A DNA stretch of 64,000 nucleotides, taken from Lama guanicoe (Eukaryota). Below are positions 13,110 to 26,441 of the stretch, piece after piece. Each line of letters starts with the position of its first letter. Position 1 is the stretch's first letter. Location: the NCBI GenBank assembly GCA_013239625.1, contig MU053487.1:1073058-1137057 (forward strand), read 5' to 3'. The position numbers were made by a program, and so were the translations under genes. Under the pieces are notes generated by a model. It did not search any database. It saw nothing but the letters and a program-made list of their open reading frames with translations, and was not told the DNA's origin.

Positions 13110-13869
13110 AGTAGTCAAATGTCCAAATGTTGGTCTGTTCCTACAGTAGAGGGGCCCTGAAGGTTTCTTGACTTTTGGGCTGATCATGTATCTTCTCCAA
13201 TCCTGAGCTTTCTGAATTGCTCCTTCTCTCTTTTCTTTCCCAGAAAATATTTGGCCTCTTAAATCCTCTGCTTCTTTAATCTTCAACCCCACTTTAGCTT
13301 TTAGCTTGTGTTCTCTACTGTGTTTCAAATCATGTTTTTCTTTTTTCCTTGTACAGTGTCATGAAGGTTTCCAATGTATTAGAATACAGGAGAAGAGGGA
13401 TAAATGAAAACTGACTGTACTGGGCCAAATAAATACAGGACTACTTTTCCATTGCCAAATTTTTATGCTAAAAAACAGAAGAGAAAACCAAAGTAAAATA
13501 ACAACAGTAACAAACTTTCCAATTTTTGGCTTTCAGTTGCATTGCAACTGTTATTCTGGCTGGATTTGTATATTTTGCCCCAGGAGGAGTTTGTAGAATA
13601 CAACTGATTCCAGAAAGGCAATGAATTAAGAGATAGATGCAATTCCTACTTGCCACATTCTACCCTTAGTATGAAATTTTGGGTCCTTAGAAGATAGTGG
13701 TTTTCATTTAATGATTCCCCTTTCCTTGCCACCCCCATTCCCAACCAGTAGGTAGCAAGAGGTTGTGGGGAATCATTGAACTTTACACTCAAGGCTGTGC
13801 TTTTTCAGTGTGGAAGTAACTTCGTATGTTCCAGGTCCTACAAATGCATTTAAAAAGGAAAAAATACAT

Positions 13870-15700
13870 TGTGTCCATCCACAAATATTTTAAATTTTGA
13901 TAGAGACAAATTGTCCTCCAAGAAGCACCAAGAAGTACCTTCCTATGCATGAGTATTAATTTCCTTACCTTATCATAGCACTGGTTTCTTCCTCAATTTT
14001 TTTTATTGTGTTAAATGAAAATATACTATAAAATTTGTCATTTTAACCACTTTAAATGTACAATTTAGTGGCATTGATTACATTAATTACATTTAAAATG
14101 CTGTAGAACTGTTTCCAAAACTTTTCAACACTCCAAACAGAAACTCTATAATTATTAAGCAATACTCCTTATTTTTATTTCACCCAGCCCCTGACAACCT
14201 CTAGCCTACTTTCTTTCTGTATGAATTTACCCATTCTAGATATTTAATATAAGTGAATCCTGCAATAGTTGTCCAGTATCTGGCTTATTTAACTTAACAT
14301 AAATTTTCGGAATTCCTTAATGTAGAATGTATCACAACTCCATTCCTTTTTATGGCTGAGTAATATTCCATTATATGTATATACCATATTTTGTTTATCT
14401 GTTCATCTGTTGATGAACACTGGGTTGTTTAACTTTTTGGCTGTCATGAATAGTGCTGCAGTTAATATTCATGTACTTTTTGAATGCCTAATTTCAATTC
14501 TTTGGTGTGTACTTAGGAAGGTAATTGCTGGGTCATATGGTCATTCTATGTTTAGATTTTGAGGAACTGCAAAACTGTTTTCCACAGTAGCTACATCATT
14601 TTACATTCCCACTAGCAAAGGACAGTGTTCCAATTTCTCCACATCCTCACCAATATTTAGCTTTCATTTTTAAAATTGTAATCACTCTAGTAGGTTTGAA
14701 GTGATAACTCGTGTTTCCTTTGCATTTGTCAAATTGTTGATTTTTTTCACAAGTATCGGTGTTTGTTTTTGTTAGTTATCTCTATTATTTTCTATTCATT
14801 TATCTCTACTCTAATCTTTACTATTTCCTTCCTTCTGCTAACTCTGAGTTTAGGTTGCTCTTCTTTTTCTATAACATATAATCTGTCCTGGATAATGGTC
14901 TATGTGCACTTGATAGTGTGTGTTCTGCTGTTGTTGAGAGGGGTAGTCTATATATATCTGTTAGGTCTTGTGATTTATAATACAGTGTCACATTTTCTAT
15001 ATCCTTGTTGATTTTCTGTCTAAAACATCAACCTGTTACTCAAAGTTAATGCAGTCTCCAAATATTATTTTTGAAATATTTATTTCTAAATTCTGTTTTA
15101 ATTCTGTCAGTGTTTGCTTCATATATTTTGGGGCTTAGTTTGGTACATATATATTTTTATAATTGTCACATCATTGAAGAATGGATTGTTAAAGGCTGTA
15201 GTGATCCATTTATTAACTGACTTTATCAAACTATTTTTGTAGAGACTGTATCCTTGTCATTTGAAGTCACTGACATCTCTACTTTTACTTGTGTTTAGAT
15301 AGTGTTTTGACAGATTTCCTTGAATATCAGGAGCTAAACAAACAAAGAGACAAAATTTCTGGTAGTTCTTACTGCCAATCTAGAGGGTGAAAAATATTAT
15401 CTCATTGTTTTCACTTTATTTTCCTGGTAATTTGTGATGTTGTGTCTTTCTTCTTAAGTTTCTTAGGCACTTTGCCAGGGATTTAGGGTTTTTATTTCTT
15501 ATTCATTTATAGAATTTATTCAGATAGTCTTCATGTGAATTTTTTGTTACATGTGTTGCAGTTATTTTCTTATACTACAATTTTGTTTTAATATTGTTTA
15601 TGATGTCTGTATTGAAAAGACTTTATGACATTTATGAAATTAAACTTCAGAATATTTTCTCCTAAGGTCATGCTTAATAAGGCTTGTTCTATAAATATTT
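13870..15700 (-). mobile_element. Nested L1 cluster: old L1ME-like element (~13870-13997 and ~15373-15700) interrupted by L1MB-like pieces (~13998-15370)
   Basis: T-tract and L1MB-type 3' end at ~13998, antisense ORF2 end (ttgctgggtcatatggt, aaactgttttccacagtagct); old element resumes at tgccaatctagagggtgaaaaatattatctcattgttt. Confidence 0.8.
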
Positions 15701-15829
15701 TCTATATAAATCTAATTTCTTTATGCAGCAGCTTATTAAATAGATATTTATTATTAAATAAATAGTATTTGAATATGTTTATTAAAATATTTAATTAAAT
15801 ATGTATAATTTATGTATATTTTTTATTCC

Positions 15830-16470
15830 CTTATGTCATACTCTTGATTTTCCTCAAATGTATGGTGATTTTTAATTTTTTTCATCTTTTTTTTTCCCCC
15901 CTGGGATTCCATTTTTTTCTGTACTACAACCTGCTTTTAGTGATCATGGGGATGTTATGGGTTAAGCTTATCTGTGTGATTCACTAGTCGCTGTTATTTG
16001 GAGAGAGCATGTTGTATGTTCTTTCAGTGATGTTCCTACTCATCTTGGCATGTTTTGGTCTCCCACACAAGTATCCACATCATGCCCAAAAGTTTCTGGC
16101 ACAAAAGTAGGAAAGATCAACTGGTATAAATTTAGTTCCACAAAAAATCACCCTGATAGTTGTCCTCAGCATACCTTCCTCCTTCTTTTGTCTTTTACCT
16201 CTGACTTAGAGAATCCCTAGAAATGCTCTTGCCTTTTACAACTGTCCTTTCCTTTCCTTTGTGTTCTTTGATCTGTGGTACTCTCTGTCAACCTGATTCT
16301 TTTTGTGTTTTACTTTCATGGAATCTTCCACAAGTTTGATTCACTAAAGAGACTCTTTATTGTTTACTGCTAATGTTATAATTTTGCTTTGTCTAATACA
16401 ATTTTTTATGTCTCCTCTAGGCAAGTAATTGATATGGGCATGTGTTCTCAGACTAATATCCTAATCTAAT
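15830..16470 (-). mobile_element. Very old L1/HAL1-like fragment
   Basis: tttcctcaaatgtatggtgattttt and T-rich degenerate sequence. Confidence 0.35.
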
Positions 16471-18621
16471 TTCCTATGTATATTTTTATTCTTACTATAT
16501 ATTTTTGTAATAAGATTTGAGACAATTTGAAAGATTGCATTTACTGAAAGATAATAAAAAATACATAAAAGAATGGAAGTAGGGGGATGAGTAAGAAAGA
16601 GAAAAAACAAGAAATCAGTTTGCTATCTGTAGGAATTCAGACCTTTGGCAGGCTTGGGGCTCTGTCCTGAAAAAGGATGGAAAGGTCAAGTCTTGGGAAA
16701 CTGACTTTTGACTTAACCAGAAACAAGTTTTCCTGGGTTGGGTTTTCATAGTCACTATAACATGATGAGTATAAAGATGCTTAGCCAGAGTTGCCAGAAG
16801 ATTATAAACCTCCCTTGAGAATGGAAAAGTGGTGGTTCTCACTGTGGTCAGAATATAATTCTCCAGGGATGGAATCATTGGCAACTGGGCATCTCAGAGA
16901 GGACTTTGGGAAACCTTTACTTTTACCTGGGAATGTACAGTAAGGTCTCCCCATTGATATGTTTCCGTATCTGTTGCTGGTCAGTATAGTGCACAGCCTT
17001 AACTGTGTCTGTGGGCATCTTTTGGTGTTTCCATAACTGTCCCATGATAAGACTCTCTAAACCATTTGACATAAAACACTCTTTTTTGCAATAGAGGAGA
17101 TAAAAATATGCATTGTATGTCTCTGTTATTCAGAAAACTAAATCTTATGATAAAAATGAGCTATAAATTAACTGATAATTCTGAACTTGACTCTTACTTG
17201 AAAAAAAATGAATTAAAAACACTTGATGTTATAGAGGCAAGTCCCAACCTTGTAGACATTCTTTGTAACTGCTATGGTAGACAGCTTGATGTCTTCCCCT
17301 ATTTTAGCTCTGATTTACACTCTGACCTTTATGACATGTTCATTTATTCTTACTAGTCTATGTTGATCGTTCTCTAACTATATTTTCTGGATAACATTTG
17401 TATCCACCCTAGATTATAAATTCTACAAGAGAAAGTCACATACCAAACTTTCCTTCAAGTACTCTGGACAAGATTGTACCTGTGCTAAGACTGGTGAAGT
17501 GATCAGTAAATAACCAATGAAGTTTCTTGCCAGTAAATGAACACTTGATTATGTCACCTTTTGTGAATTTTAAGGTGAGGTTCTCCAGCTGCCTACCTTT
17601 TCACTAGAGCTTTCAACTTGACCTCTTGTGAAAGTAGCTTAAACTCAGACAAGTAGCAGCTCCAGAAACTGGATGATACAGAAAACAAGGAAAATGGCCA
17701 TGGTTGACTTGAGATTCTCACTGTCCTCTTAATAAGGCACTAGAAAATACAACCCTCAACCAAAGACTTAAAGGACCCTTTGATCAGGAATTATCCATTC
17801 TAATTAAAGGCCTCTAGTTATCCCCTGAATGATTCCTGGAAATTCAATTATTCTTTTATTTATTCATCTACAAAAGTGAGTGAAAGGACATGATGTTTCC
17901 TTTAATATGGTTAAAAAGAATTAAGAAAAAATAGAAGCTAAATAAAACTTCTGAAATGGGAAGTAATTCAGATATAACTCTTGACATATTCAGTTCATTT
18001 AACAAGAGCACACCTGTTCAATCTCAGTCTACTTTCAAGTAGGGCTCAATGTTCAGGACTCAGTAGCTTTATGATTTATTATTTTTTTCCAGATTCTAAT
18101 CCGCATCATATCCCTGAGTTACTTCTGAGCAAATGTCTTTTCTGTTCTGTGCTTCAATAAATCCCACCACAGAATTGGATTTACAATAGAAGGTGCTTGA
18201 AAGAAGAAATGAGTTCAAAACTTGAATTAAGTTTCCTCAGGTGAAAACAAGTGTTTTTTTTTTCCCTCCCTAAAGAACCTTGTTGAGCATGTGCCCAACT
18301 CTTAAAGCAAGTAAGCTTCGACTTGAAAATAATTGACCAAGATATAAAGCAAGAAGCTGCTGGGACCCCAGAGGGAAATCAGTCAAGGGCTATTGTGAGG
18401 TTGTGATGTGCTTACCTCTCCTGTGGGGTGCGAAGGGCATTTCCTGAATCTTGGAGGGAGATCAATTTTTTTGTTCATCCCTTTCAGTGCTGATCTTCAG
18501 GAGTAGAACTATCACTTCTTCACCTTCCCTAAAGCAGAATTGATCTCTTCTTTTCCACATTTACCCAGAACTTTGAACATCCTTTGTTTCAGCCTTCTTG
18601 AGATGCAAAAATGTGCAGCAA

Positions 18622-18790
18622 AAGACTGAGCCTTGGAGGCAGAGATATGGCTTCTGCTACTGATTAACCATATAACTTAATACACATTGTTTTCTAGTCT
18701 TCATCAGTAGGTTAGGAATAATAACTATCTTTTAGCCTTGTGATTGTTAAATGTGCCACTGAATGTAAATCCATTGGCAAAGGGTCTGAT
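18622..18790 (+). mobile_element. MIR SINE
   Basis: ggcttctgctactgattaaccatataactt ... ttcatcagtaggttaggaataataact MIR core. Confidence 0.6.
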
Positions 18791-19129
18791 ACCTGATAGG
18801 CACTCTGTCAATAACAGGATGGCATTTCTGCCAGAGGATGAGAGAGAGTGAAGTTGGGTCACATCCTCTGTCTATGTAGCCTAGAAGATCTAACAAGAAT
18901 AGATAACCCCCTGCTGCATCGGTCACAGTCAAACCCATGGAATGGCATAGCTTCACACAACAATCTTTGAAAAGTGTAAGCCAGAGAATGAAAAATGCAA
19001 AAATACCTAAGGCTTGGAGATGTTCCTGATAATGTTTCCACCCCGTAAGCATTGCAAAGGGAAAAGTAGGTGGGTGGGACAAATCCTGAAAAATCTTGCC
19101 CACATGCTCTAAGTAAATTAAAGGCAAGA

Positions 19130-20730
19130 GGTTGTCAAGGAGGTCAGGATTACCACTATCACAGCTCTGAAAGTGTTAGCTGGCTCAGTTACATGGGAGG
19201 AAGAGAGCTATAAAAGTCAGAATGGAGGACATTAAATTATTGATAGTTGCAGATGATATGATTGTATACTATTAGAACTCATGAGAATTGTCTGAAAAAC
19301 TATTAGTAATAAAAAAGGGAATTCTGAAAATTCCCTAGTTGCAAACTTTATATCAAAATCATTAGTTTTCTTATACACCAACTATAAACAGAAAATTTAA
19401 TGAAGGAAATATCCCATTTACAATATCAAGAAAAACAGATTTTAGAAAAAACATAGAACAAGAAATATTCAAGGTTTATGTGAAGGAAACTTTAAAACTC
19501 TTGTGAGGATTATAAAAAAGACTTAGAAAAATAGTCATAGCTTATTCTTACATAAGTAGTCTCAATATCATAAAGATGTTATCTTCTAAAAGTAATCTGT
19601 GGAGCCTGTGCCACCCAAATTAGAATACCAATAAGACGTTTTGGGGAAGACTTTGCAAAATGATGTTTTTTGAGAAATACATGTACAGAATTGCTATGAT
19701 GATTCTGAAAAAGACAAAAAGATAGTTTCAGTGGAACAAAATCTAGAATCTAGAAAATAATTCATTCAGATATACATGAATAAGTTATATATAATAAAGA
19801 TGATATTTTATTCAGTGGGAAAAGATGGATTAGCTAAAAAATGGTGTTGTGAAAACAGAATTGAAAAATAAACCTGGGTGGCTACTTCAGTGTTAATATG
19901 AATATGAGATATATTAATTGTATAAATGTAAAAACTAAAACCTTAAAAATAAGTAAACATGAGTGGTAAAAAAAGACGCTAAATTTATAAAGAAAATATT
20001 GATAACAATGGCTACTTAAAAGTAAAAGCTAGATCATGGCAAAAAACATGATTATATTAGAAAATCAAAATGAATTGCATAAATATTTTCAGTAGGTACA
20101 ATAGTCTTATAAAAATGATTTAAATAATTAATAAGCAAATATTCTACTTATAAATTAATTATTCTGCAGACAACAGGACAGACTACTAATAAACATAAAA
20201 ATCCTCAGCCTCACTTATATTAAATAAATAAAAATAAAACTAGATAGCATTTACACCTATCTAATTGTAAAAAGTGAATATAGTTGATAATAGTAATTCT
20301 AACAAAGGTCTTGGACTATGGGCTTTATCATTTGATTGCAGTCCAAACAGTATCATTTCAGGGAGTGATTTGACAATATCTAAAACAGTCTTAAATATAC
20401 ACACTCTTTCACACGGCACTTCGATTACCAGAGGTTTGCCCCATGGACATTCTTTTAAAACTACACCAGGATATGGAATATAGTTTTTAACAGTTAAAAA
20501 ATTAACATATAGATAATCTATGGGGTATTGGTTAAATAAAATATAATATATCTAAACAACAAAATTCTATACAGCCTTAAAAAGTGTGCTACATTGGTAT
20601 CTAGTATTATCAATAGATTTTTCAACATATATTAATAAATGACTCAGGCAATGTGCAGATCAATTGCATTGACTGATTCCATTTGTTTATGTGAATTTGT
20701 GTATTTTGTACTTGCATATTTAATTGAAGA
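19130..20730 (+). mobile_element. Degenerate old L1 (L1ME-like), ORF2 reverse-transcriptase region to 3'UTR
   Basis: gttgcagatgatatgattgtatac encodes VADDMIVY (L1 RT FADDMIVY motif); atcccatttacaatatc, cagtgggaaaagatggatt. Confidence 0.85.
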
Positions 20731-20814
20731 AGATTCAGGAAAATTTTGTAACTTTTTTTAACGTTTCAAATGTTAGCAGTGATTGGAGGAATGAAAAAGT
20801 AACTTTTAAGAAAT

Positions 20815-21908
20815 ATTTAGACTTTATTTTTACAGCAGTTTTAGGTTCACAGCAAAACTGAATGCACAGTTTAGAGATGTCCCATGTGTCCCCTCACTCC
20901 AAAGACGCAAAATCTCCCCCTCCATCATCATCCCACATCAGAGTGATTCAGTTATTATAATTGATGCACCAGCACTGACACATTGCTATTAACCAAAGGC
21001 TGTAGTTTACATTGAGATTCATTCAATGTTGGATGTTCTATGGATTTTATACAAATATATGATGACATGTATCCACAAGTATAGTGTCATACAGAATAGT
21101 TCCATTGCAGTAAAAATCCCCTGACTCCACCTATTCATCCCTTCCTTGCCCCAAACCCCTGGCAACCACAGATCTTTTTACCGTCCCCATAGATTTACCT
21201 TTTCCAGAATGTCTAATGGTTAGAATCATATAGTATGTACTCTCCTGAGGTTGTTTTCTTTCGGTTCAAATCTTTTGCTCATTTTAAAATCATGTAGTTC
21301 ATTTTCTTATTTTTGAGTTTTTGAATCTTTCCGATGACAGTCCTTTATCAGTATATCTTTTGCAAATATTTTCTCCCGGTCTGTGGCTGGCCTTCTTACT
21401 CTTTTGACAATATTTTTCACAGAGGAGAAATTTTAAATTTTAATGAAGTTCAACTTACCAATTCTTCATTCAGGGCCCAAACCTTTGGTGCTGTATCTAA
21501 AAAAGTCATCACCAAACCCAAGTTCATCTAGATTTTCTCCTGTGTTATCTTTTAGGAGTTTCATAGTTTTGCACTTTACATTTAAGTCTCTAATCCATTC
21601 TGAGTTAATTTTTGTGAAGAGTGTAAGGTCTGTGACTAGATTTTTAAGTTTAATTTTATTTTGCATATCGATGTCCACTTGTTGGAGAGACTGTGTTTTC
21701 TCCATTTAACTGCCTTTGCTCTTTTGTTAAAGATCAGTTTACTATATCCGTATTTATCATTTTGGTGCTCTCTATTTTGTTGCATTGATCTATTTGTCTA
21801 TTCTTTCATTAATACCACCCTGTCTTTATTGCTGTAACTTTAGAGTGTGTCTTGAAGTCAGGCAGTTAGTCCTCTGACTTTGTTTTTTTCCTTCAATATT
21901 GTGTTGGC
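20815..21908 (-). mobile_element. L1MC-like element, 3' end plus ORF2 segment with an internal deletion near 21255
   Basis: ttacagcagttttaggttcacagcaaaactga L1MC 3' terminus; supplied minus ORF 21466-21705 (TKINSEWIRDLNVKCKTMKLLKDNTGENL) is L1 ORF2p. Confidence 0.9.
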
Positions 21909-21911
21909 GCT

Positions 21912-22229
21912 TGTGTTTCTTTCCTAGGTCCGCCATATGAAATACCATAGACTACGTGGCTTAGAATACAGATATTTGTTATCTCATAGTTTTGGAGGCT
22001 GGAAATCCAAGATCAAGGTGTCATCAGGGTTCGTTCCTTTGAGACCTCTTGCCTTGGCTTGCAGATGGCCACCATTTTGCTGCCTCTTCACATGTGTTTT
22101 GTCTGTGCTCACACATCCCTGATGTCTTTCCCTATGCCCTCATCTCCTCTTATAAGGACACCAGCAGATTGGATTAGGGCCACCTCCAAAGACTTCATTT
22201 TAACTTGATTACCTTTTTAATGGCCTTTG
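21912..22229 (-). mobile_element. MLT1A/B-like LTR lacking its 5' end
   Basis: ctcatagttttggaggctggaaatccaagatcaaggtgtc, cttataaggacaccagcagattggattagggcc. Confidence 0.9.
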
Positions 22230-22445
22230 GAAGAAGAGATTTGGACACACTGAGAGACACAAAGGAAATGTGTTTGCATAGAAGGAAACCATGTGGGGGT
22301 GCAGCAAGGAGCTGGCCTGATGTAAGGTAAAGAGAAGAAACCAAACCTACTGGCACCCTAATCTTGGACTTACGGCCTCCAGAACTGCTGTTTAAACCTC
22401 CCAGTGTGTGGTGTTTTGTTATGGCAGCCCTAACACACAAATATA
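22230..22445 (+). mobile_element. MLT1B-like LTR, 3' half only
   Basis: atcttggacttacggcctccagaactg ... gttttgttatggcagccctaacacacaaatata. Confidence 0.9.
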
Positions 22446-22540
22446 CCTTATGTCCTGCAACTTTGGTATAATTGCTTACTAGTTTCAGGAGGATTTTTTT
22501 TTTTTTAATTCTGGTCAATTCTTTTGGTCTTTCTACTTCT
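22446..22540 (-). mobile_element. Continuation of the L1MC-like ORF2
   Basis: ccttatgtcctgcaactttggtataattgcttactagtttcaggag; minus strand reads LLKLVSNYTKVAGHKV, matching L1 ORF2p LLELIxxFSKVAGYKI. Confidence 0.85.
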
Positions 22541-23964
22541 GTTTTGAATGACTTCTGTTTAAAAAATTTTTTTTAAACCCAAAAGTAGACATTTTTAAAT
22601 GAGTAGCAATAGACTTCACTCTTCTTCCCTCAATGGGCTACGTATCTTCTCCATGAAATATGTCCACGTTGAGAGTAGCATATAGTTAGGTCGTAGCACA
22701 GGTCATGGAATGACAATATGCATCCAATGTGTGTTTAATGGATAAAAGAGTTCAGATAGATTGTTTGCTTCCAGATTTCTGAGAAGGTTTTGGGAAAATG
22801 ACCTTTATGGAGATATGAAAGAATTGCAGAGATATGCAGAAAACAAGTGAAGAGAGAACGGAAGCTATGATCGATCCTGGAGAGGAAACCCTCCCGTAAG
22901 CTCCATTCCACAGACAAAAGGACCATGTTTTATAAAGCATAGAAGATGGAGATTCCACTTCTTGACCTTTTCAAGTTGACTGTTCTAATCCTTTGCCTCT
23001 CCTGTCTTCCACTATGTTCTTCACAAAGAGGTGTAAGCTTGTGAGGGGCTGTGTCTGAAAGGCTTCCTCTGCTGTTAAAGGTAAGCAGAAAAATAGCTGG
23101 CACATACAGAGCGAAGGTAACGGTAGAGGTAGAGGTTTAACTTGCTGTGTGCATTTTCTTTTTCTTCTTATTTGGGTAAATTATTTCTCCTAGAGCTAGA
23201 TTGTTTGTATCTTTACGCTCAAAGGTTAATGGTTAATTGGAAACTAGTTCAGAGTTAGACACACAGTTGGTGCTTAGAACTATGAATCCATGTGTGAATG
23301 AATCACCCAATGCAGGAACCAAGCCTATTAGGTTTGGACTTATTTTTTAAGCTGTATTCTTTTAAAGACATCTATCTAGCTTTGTCGCCTCTAGGACTGA
23401 ACAAAGAAGCCTGTTTTGGGGCTGATGAAGCACACATCTCAATTTGTCAGATGAATAAAATGAATGTCTGTCTTAATAAAATGAGAAATTATTTATATGA
23501 CTAAAAATAATCTAGAAGCTACAAAATTATTTCCTGGTGAAGAAAGATCTTATGAATTATTGTCATTGTGAGGTGTCTTTACTGTAGCAGCCCTTCTCTG
23601 CTTTTTGAGAGAGCAAGAGAGTAAAAAGAATATGGCAGATTTAATGGCTTTCTTTATCTACTAGAATGACAAATGGTGTTTTCTGAATATAATTTTCTGG
23701 ACTTGGAAGTTAAAGCACATTAGAAAGGAACTGTGGTTGAAACTTTTCTGGGTAAAGCAAATTGTACCCCTAGAAAGGCAACACGCACTACAGCATTCTG
23801 AAAATAAAAGCATTCACCCACCTGGCATCAGACATCTAAGTATCCGTCTACTGTCTAAAACCCAGCCCTAGCCAGACGCTTGAAGATGATAAGACCTTTT
23901 CTTCACAATTCATCGTCCTGTTCATCAGTGCAAAATAAGCCTGGACTTGATGTCTCTCCTCAAT

Positions 23965-24085
23965 GAAACCGACTGCCTATAAGGCACAAGCATGTGCTAC
24001 ATATTTCAAGAAGATGCAGAGAAAAATGAAGTTAAGATGAGGCCTCGTCTCCCTAAGAAACTTACAATGTAGTTGGAGAGTCAAT
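23965..24085 (-). mobile_element. L2 3' fragment
   Basis: ccctaagaaacttacaatgtagttggagag. Confidence 0.5.
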
Positions 24086-24376
24086 GCTCCTAACTTCTTT
24101 CTAATAGCAGGTACCAGGGGAAGAATCTACTCTCCAGGGGTTTGTGAGAGTCTCTGGTAGGATGCAGTGAGAAAACATTACATTTCTATTTGCATTTATT
24201 TTTATCTAACTTTTAACATTTTCTATTTTTGTGTTTATTTTAAAATGTACATATTATGTTAATACAGTAGCAAATGTTGGTAATTTGTAGTAAGCATGAA
24301 TTGGAGGCATGGGCTTATTTTGTGGGAAGCTGTACTGATTGAGACACATGTTACAGTCATTCTGGAGACCACTGGA
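24085..24376. mobile_element. hAT-Charlie DNA transposon remnant (Charlie4-like)
   Basis: gagaaaacattacatttctatttgcattta...; ends tggagaccactg (hAT-type terminal repeat). Confidence 0.6.
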
Positions 24377-25879
24377 CATAACTGGTACCGAGTCTTATGA
24401 ACTATCTTTACAAAAACTCATCACATAGCAATTGCATAACAATTGGTTTGAAACAGGGTAGCATTCTAGTAGGTATATAAATGGAGGCACGATGTTTAGG
24501 GAAAGAGGTTGTTGAGGTTTGTTTCCAGGTATCAGATAAACCATCACAATCTGGGCTAATAGAGTACTTTCAATCAAAATTCCATCTGCTAACAGCAAAA
24601 TTATAAGCAAAGCAAAACAGAGACATTATCTCTCGTTATTTAACCTGGCAACTGGAAGTGTCTTGCCTCCCCTTTTATTCAGTTTTTTTTTTTTTCAAAA
24701 TTGTAGAAAGCTACTGGTGGGTAGATAGTATTTTGCTTGGGACTTTTGCGACCTTTATGCCAATTATATGATTCTGAATATAAAAGTTAATAAGATATAT
24801 TTTTTTGCAAAAGGAGATTGGGAATTTTAGGTACCAACATCAGTGCTCCACTTCTCATCCATGAAATATTGTCAAATAAATGCCTTCAGCAGCAGATTTT
24901 TTTACTAGTAATACCGTACAACATTTGCAAAATTCTTATCAGCAATGCAAAGGGAGTAAGAAAAAGCAAAAATCACCTTGGTCTAATTGAAAATAATTTA
25001 TGAAAATGTATGTTTCTATGTCTCTGGATAGCTTAATTCCTGTGCCTCTTCTGTATTCTCTCTGGGTATTAGTGTCCTCTTCTGTAAAACATAAAATTTG
25101 GTTGAGCTGAACTCTTAAGTTCCTTTGGTCTGAAATATTATGGTTTTATGACATATTTAGATATTTGTTTCAGATATGTAGGGAATATTATTCTTGACAG
25201 TATTTCAACTTGTATCTACTAAATTTTTCACTGAAAATGTCTCTTTACCAAGTTCTTAGGCTCTCCAAGTATTTGTATGGTTAGACCATCATCCACTAGC
25301 TCCTGGCGCTATTTGGCTAACAATATTTTTATTTCTTTTAGTATTTCTTCCTGAGTCAGTCATTCTTCAATACATAATTTTTATTTTCTTTGAACCCTGA
25401 TTAATTTAAAGGCATGTGGAATGGGGATTCACATTGATTGTTACTATGTGGCCTCATTGGAAATATGTATATTTGTTGATACCCTTAGATCTATAAAATC
25501 TAAAAAAATTTTCAGAAAAATCATATCCTAAGCTATTAAAAAAAAAGGCGTATATCAGATTCTTGTTTCCTGGAACCTTTTGCTGTTGTGGTTGATAGAC
25601 CTTAGTGCTGAGGGGCCCTGGCTTCCCTGAATCAGTTGTGAAGCATGTCATAATTGAGTGATCATAAAATATTTTGCAATTAAACAAAACATATTCTACA
25701 TCTTCCCTGTGGTAAGGTCACTTTCACTCACATGCATCTTCATATGTTTTCCTGAGTGGGAGAGAAAGGATGGAATTACAGCTATGGCTCAGGTTTGTAG
25801 ATACGCTTTCGAACACCTCCGAAAAGACACTGGTCGGATCTTTGAGCACTGTTTCTAAATGAGTGTCCCATGCATATAG

Positions 25880-26130
25880 GTGAAATTAATGCCCCTTATA
25901 TTAGCATCATAACTTATCAAGTTCATGTATTTGTCAGGAGTTTTGCCGTAGTTGCCTCCTAGCTGGTTTCCCAACCATTGTTCTTCCCCTTATGTGTTAT
26001 TTTTCATATAGGAACCAGGGGGATCTTTAGAAAATGTAAATCGATTTAGCCACTTTCCTGTTTAAGACCATCAGAGCCCATATTCAATCTATCATGGTCT
26101 GTGGTTCATCACAATGTAGCTGAGGATTTT
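25880..26130 (+). mobile_element. L2 fragment
   Basis: gcctcctagctggtttccc, accagggggatctttagaaaatgtaaatc, ccactttcctgtttaagacc. Confidence 0.6.
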
Positions 26131-26441
26131 CAACTTCAACCTCACACAAGGTAAAGAGAGTCGAGAAGAAAAAGAAAAGTGATGATAGGTAAGAAAGTGG
26201 TAGAAAGAGGCCAGAACTATGAAAAGTCATAAAGTTATAAAGAAGAGAACTTGGACAGCATCTAGTTCACCCCACAGTACGTGCATATTGAAGATGACCA
26301 GTCCTCTCAGCTCCCTTCTCCCAGCCCCAAGCTCGAGGTCCATCACTGTGTATTGTCCATCTGCAGACTTCAGATCTCAAGTCTCCATCCAGAAACAGCC
26401 AGGGGGACTGGCAAAAGGCAATTCTGAATTTGGAATGAATG

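Noticed and set aside
15730..15830. Extremely AT-rich stretch
   Set aside because: Low-complexity filler between old L1 fragments with no distinctive structure.
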